A stretch of 21,391 bases of DNA from an uncultured Caldithrix sp. GTDB lineage: Bacteria; Calditrichota; Calditrichia; Calditrichales; Calditrichaceae. The stretch's first letter is position 1. Each line of letters begins with the position of its first letter. A program made the translations under genes and the position numbers. Shown piece after piece: positions 17,454 through 21,391 of the stretch. Where the stretch lies: assembly GCA_964468415.1 (NCBI GenBank), contig CAYXUS010000246.1, positions 1 through 21,391 of the forward strand. The letters are read 5' to 3'. Below the pieces are notes generated by a model. The model had not been told where the DNA came from. It ran no database searches and saw only the letters and a list, made by a program, of their open reading frames with translations.

Positions 17454-18299
17454 CTAATATTTCAAGTGGCGGTCAAACCACGATTCGGTTAAATCTCTGG
17501 CAATATTGTACGCCTCGGTCCCGACCTCGAAAGGATGGCGCGTGCCAAAGGTGTGATCCGCATCTTCGATAATCTCCAACCGCTTGGAAAATGCTCCGCA
17601 ACGTTCGTAAAGCATTTCGCTCTCCGCAGCAGGGACCACGGCATCGGCCCCTCCGTGAATAAAAAGTGTCGGGGCTTCCAGTTCCTCAATACGATCTACC
17701 AAATTAAACTTCTTTTCATTGTCTTGCAAATCATCCACAAACGATTGGTTAATTCGAAAAGTCGCCTTTTTGCTCGCGTCGTCGAACTCTACAAAACCCT
17801 GTTCACGCAGCATTGCCAGTTGCTCTTCGCTTAAACGTCCGAAATGACTAACCGTAGCCCACGTAACCAATGCGCCAATTTCTTCCGGCATTTCCAGTGC
17901 CGAGAGAATGGCTATTCCGCCGCCACGACTGTGCCCCAAAAGTCCGATGCGCTCCGGATCGATAACCTGCTTGCCCACTTTCCCTTCGCGAATGGCCCGA
18001 ACCACGGCCTGCACGTCGGCCAACTCCTGCGAAATGGTATTGCGTGCAAATGCGTCCATCGCAGTAAAGTTCTTACCGTCCGGCCCAATACCATTTAACG
18101 AAAAATTCATTGCTAACGTAACGTAATCGCTACGTACCAAAGCCCGCGCCAGATCGGGGTAAAAGCCCCAATCTTTTGAGCCTAAAAAGCCGTGCAACAG
18201 GATGATGACCGGCGCCTGATTTGTCCCTTCCAGATAGCGTAAATCAAAATGTACCGGTTCGTTGTTTTGATTATTAATCGAAAGTAAACGGCGAATCAT
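17454..18299 (-). CDS. Alpha/beta-hydrolase (dienelactone hydrolase/esterase-like)
   Basis: Nucleophile elbow GHSRGG, with downstream Asp (GGADAVV) and His (DHTF) candidates for the triad. Confidence 0.8.
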   Translation of the reverse strand: MIRRLLSINNQNNEPVHFDLRYLEGTNQAPVIILLHGFLGSKDWGFYPDLARALVRSDYVTLAMNFSLNGIGPDGKNFTAMDAFARNTISQELADVQAVVRAIREGKVGKQVIDPERIGLLGHSRGGGIAILSALEMPEEIGALVTWATVSHFGRLSEEQLAMLREQGFVEFDDASKKATFRINQSFVDDLQDNEKKFNLVDRIEELEAPTLFIHGGADAVVPAAESEMLYERCGAFSKRLEIIEDADHTFGTRHPFEVGTEAYNIARDLTESWFDRHLKY

Positions 18300-18454
18300 G
18301 GTAATTCTCCAAAACCTCCTCTACATTAAACCAATCTTTCTTGAAAAATTGCGGTGATTGACTATTTACAACCTGAGTACTCGATTCGTAAGGAAAACTA
18401 ATTTGGGGATTTAAAAATTGCATAATCGAAAGAAGGAAAAAATGAATCATAATA

Positions 18455-18796
18455 TTAAAATTGCTTGACCAACCTTGCTAAATTCGAAACATCTTCGGAA
18501 GAAAAATGGGGAAACGCGGGCATTTCACCACGTCCATTAATGATAACTTGTGCGATTTGCTCTTCGGTGAGATTTGTTTTCTGCAAAGACGGATAGCCAT
18601 TTTGCCCCTGCCCCGTAGTTCCGTGGCACGAAGCGCAATTGTGTGCATACAAAACCGTGGCAGAGCGCACACCGCTTTGCCTGGTTTGCCCTTTCCCAAC
18701 TCTTTTGTACGGATCATTCGATCCTAAAAAGGCGGCAATAATCACCAATGCGGCTGCCATAAAAACCGCAAAAACAATAAGCGGCTTATTTTCCAT
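18455..18796 (-). CDS. Membrane-anchored or periplasmic class I c-type cytochrome (mono-heme)
   Basis: N-terminal hydrophobic anchor, CASCH heme-binding motif, distal Met in GEMPAF. Confidence 0.8.
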   Translation of the reverse strand: MENKPLIVFAVFMAAALVIIAAFLGSNDPYKRVGKGQTRQSGVRSATVLYAHNCASCHGTTGQGQNGYPSLQKTNLTEEQIAQVIINGRGEMPAFPHFSSEDVSNLARLVKQF

Positions 18797-18995
18797 ATTT
18801 CTCCCGAACCTGTTCTGCGCGTAGTTTCGTCAAGATTGGGAACATCTTTATTGCAAATCAATTTTAATTTAACAAAATGAGGAGCAAAATCAAAGATTTT
18901 GGTCACGTTGCCGGTACTGAGGGAAACACAATAATTCTTGCCCGGCGAAGAAATGTCTATTAATTTCAAAGAAAAAGAAAAACGGCTGGCACATT

Positions 18996-19979
18996 ATGAA
19001 ACGCAGAAAATTTTTGAAAAGCAGCGCCCTAATAAGTGTTGGAACCTGGCTTCCTGCTTCTTTCTTTTCGCTGCCGATGGTTTCCGTTGCTTCCGGGAAG
19101 AAATCCCGTGTGGTCATTGCCCGTGATCCTTCTGTTTTTAACAACAATCGCTTGAATAGCAGAAAAGTTACCGATCTGCTGGACAATGCCATTCAAGCCT
19201 ACTTTAATGTGGATCATCCTTTACACGGCTGGCAGAAAATCGTCCATCCCGGCGAAGTCATTGGCGTTAAAGTGAACTGCCTTTCGGGGCGAGGTTCCAC
19301 CCACAAAGAACTGGTCGATGCGGTCGTCGAACGCTTGCGCCAAGCCGGTATTAAAGCACGTAACATCATCATTTGGGACCGGCTGAACAAAGACCTGGAA
19401 GAAGCAGGGTACCGGATTCGCTACAAAGGCAAAGGCCCACTGGTCTTCGGCAACGACGCCGTGGGATTCGATCCTGAGTTGCAAGTATTCGGCCAGGCTG
19501 GTAGTCTGGTAACACGCATCATGACCCACCTGTGTGACGGGATCATTAATCTGGCGCTCCTTCGGGATCACAGTATTGCCGGCGTGTCCATTTCTCTCAA
19601 GAACCTGTTCGGAGCCATCCACAATCCCAACAAATACCATCTCAATGTCGGCGATCCTTACATTCCCGATGTGAACGCCTTCCCGGTTATTCGTCGGAAG
19701 GTGCGCTTTACCATTGTCGATGCGCTCGAAGCCCAATATCACGGAGGGCCGGCTTACATGCCCCAATGGCGCTGGCCGTATGCCGGTTTGCTCGTCGGAC
19801 AAGACCGGGTTGCAATTGACTACACAGGATGGCACATCATCGAAGAAAAACGAAGGGCAATGGGATTACCTCCACTAAAAGACGAAAACCGAGAGCCCCG
19901 ATACATTTTCACAGCCAGTGACTCGGATCATTTGTTGGGTAACAGCAATCCCAGGCTTATCGAAAAAATCATGGTGTAA
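18996..19979 (+). CDS. DUF362 domain protein with twin-arginine (Tat) signal peptide
   Basis: N-terminus KRRKFLK + hydrophobic region + VSVA. The core matches DUF362 patterns (VIGVKVN..., LKNLFG..., IVDALEAQYHGGP). Confidence 0.7.
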   Translation: MKRRKFLKSSALISVGTWLPASFFSLPMVSVASGKKSRVVIARDPSVFNNNRLNSRKVTDLLDNAIQAYFNVDHPLHGWQKIVHPGEVIGVKVNCLSGRGSTHKELVDAVVERLRQAGIKARNIIIWDRLNKDLEEAGYRIRYKGKGPLVFGNDAVGFDPELQVFGQAGSLVTRIMTHLCDGIINLALLRDHSIAGVSISLKNLFGAIHNPNKYHLNVGDPYIPDVNAFPVIRRKVRFTIVDALEAQYHGGPAYMPQWRWPYAGLLVGQDRVAIDYTGWHIIEEKRRAMGLPPLKDENREPRYIFTASDSDHLLGNSNPRLIEKIMV

Positions 19980-19997
19980 TTCGGCAAAGGTAAAAAC

Positions 19998-21189
19998 GAT
20001 GAAAGAACAAACCATTTTAATCGACCAATGGCCGGGACAAGAGCGAAAGAAATCATTCGGTGTAAGCCGACGAACCTTTCTAAAACTTGCCTCTTCCGCC
20101 GGGATTCTCCTGGGCCTTCCGGGCATAAATTGGTCGGAGGGGCGCGCTTTGCTGGCTGCGACCGGAAATGATGAGCGGTTTGTACGCGAGGCCCGTTATT
20201 GGGAAAAGAAGGCCCACAAACAAGTTCACTGCCAGCTGTGTCCCCGCGGATGCGTGGTGGACGACCACGAGCGGGGCTACTGCGGAGTTCGGGAGAACCG
20301 CGGGGGAACTTATTACACATTGGTTTATTCCCGGGCAGCCACCTACCATATTGATCCCATTGAAAAGAAGCCGTTGTTTCACTTTCTCCCCGGGAGCATG
20401 GCTTTTTCCATCGCCACAGCCGGTTGCAATCTGAATTGTAAATTTTGCCAGAATTGGCAAATTTCGCAGGTCACGCCGGAGCAGGTCGATAGCTACTACC
20501 TGCCGCCGCAAAAACTGGCGACGCTGGCCCGTGAATACAAAACAAAATCGATTGCCTACACTTACAACGAGCCCACGATTTTCTACGAATACATGTACGA
20601 CACAGCCGTGGCCGCCCAAGAACAAAGCGTAAAAAGCGTAGTCATTACAGCCGCTTACATCGAACACGATCCCATTGCCGAACTGTGCCAGGTAGTGGAT
20701 GCCATAAAGGTAGATTTAAAAGCGTTTTCGGAAAAATATTACAAAGACATTGTCCACGGCGAATTAAAACCTGTGTTGCAAGCCCTGGAAACAATTCGTA
20801 AGCAGGACACGTGGTTGGAAATTGTGTATCTGGTTGTGCCTACGCTAAACGACAGTGAAGCGGAAATCAAAAAACTTTCGCGCTGGATTAAACGCTATCT
20901 CGGCCCGGATGTACCCATCCATTTTACCCGTTTTTTCCCGCAATATTTATTAAAAAACCTGCCCCCTACTCCCGTAGCAACGCTCGACCGCTGTAAAGCC
21001 ATCGCCGATGCCGAGGGCTTGCATTATGTGTATGTGGGCAACGTACCGGGCCATCCCGCGGAAAATACGTACTGCCCCCATTGCGGAAAGCCTTTGGTTG
21101 AGCGCATTGGCTTTACGATAAAAAGCATGCACATTACCAATGGGAAATGCCCTTATTGCGGGACAAAAATTCCGGGTATTTGGAAGTAA
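19998..21189 (+). CDS. AmmeMemoRadiSam-type radical SAM enzyme (PFL-activase-like) with a Tat-like N-terminal signal
   Basis: HCQLCPRGC...GYCGVREN N-terminal Cys box, then AGCNLNCKFCQNW (Cx3Cx2C radical SAM cluster) and PIEKKPLFHF. The N-terminus has SRRTFLK plus a hydrophobic stretch. I prefer the start at 19998 (AAAGG 8 nt upstream) over the ORF-track 19918, which would overlap the DUF362 gene by 62 nt. Confidence 0.85.
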
Positions 21190-21353
21190 CTTCCACAAAA
21201 CAGGGTTGACAATCACTCCCGGTACCCGTAAAGCCGTAAGCAGGCGCGGCAAATTTCTCCTGATAAAATTGCTTTGGCCTTCGGCCTGCCTTTGTGGTGG
21301 CAGAACCTGCCGATGCTCTAAACCAGCGAAGCCTGCTCCTTAAAATAAAAAAA

Positions 21354-21380
21354 GCCTCAATTGAACATTGAGGCTTTTCG
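21354..21380. terminator. Intrinsic terminator hairpin GCCTCAAT-loop-ATTGAGGC, flanked by an A-run and a T-run (bidirectional)
   Basis: Seen directly. 8-bp stem, AAAAAAA upstream and TTTTCG downstream. Confidence 0.5.
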
Positions 21381-21391
21381 TGGGCGATGTA

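Noticed and set aside
19221-20667. Minus-strand ORFs antisense to the DUF362 and radical SAM genes (19221-19835, 19928-20320, 20080-20667)
   Set aside because: The sense genes carry diagnostic motifs (DUF362 core, Cx3Cx2C). The antisense translations are Gly/Arg/Pro-rich artefacts of GC-rich codon third positions.
21200-21380. SRP (4.5S) RNA or 6S RNA
   Set aside because: The conserved SRP domain-IV motif (GGAAGG...AGCAGC) is absent, and the length and structure do not fit 6S. It is kept only as a generic sRNA candidate.
1-21391. CRISPR arrays or large tandem repeats
   Set aside because: No periodic direct repeats of 24-40 bp were found anywhere. Only the short 10-bp tandem at 2449-2468 and the small palindromes are listed above.

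Overview
A ~21.4 kb bacterial chromosomal window, roughly 50% GC, that uses Shine-Dalgarno sites and carries a tRNA-Leu(CAG) nearly identical in architecture to E. coli's. Most of the content is ordinary metabolic and housekeeping. In order: tRNA-Leu plus terminator; an NCS2/AzgA-type purine permease (-); a two-subunit class I Fe-S fumarase/tartrate dehydratase (alpha and beta ORFs overlap, translationally coupled) directly followed by class II fumC; RmuC; an M61 peptidase; a Rieske/MBL/alpha-beta-hydrolase operon; and a mono-heme cytochrome c. I found no CRISPR array, transposase, integrase or rRNA. Two loci stand out. (1) A single 1877-aa ORF (6013..11646, minus strand) appears to fuse two tandem fold-type-I aminotransferase-like domains to a divergent but collinear PEP-carboxylase-like C-terminal domain. 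The second aminotransferase domain retains the PLP-lysine motif. The ORF sits 43 bp downstream of a co-oriented SPFH/flotillin-like gene. I do not recognise this architecture. (2) A DUF362 protein and an AmmeMemoRadiSam-type radical SAM enzyme lie next to each other, both with twin-arginine (RRxFLK) signal-like N-termini, divergent from the cytochrome c gene. Several smaller regulatory oddities are listed in the findings: palindromes, tandem repeats, an attenuator-like leader hairpin, and possible small RNAs or small ORFs.
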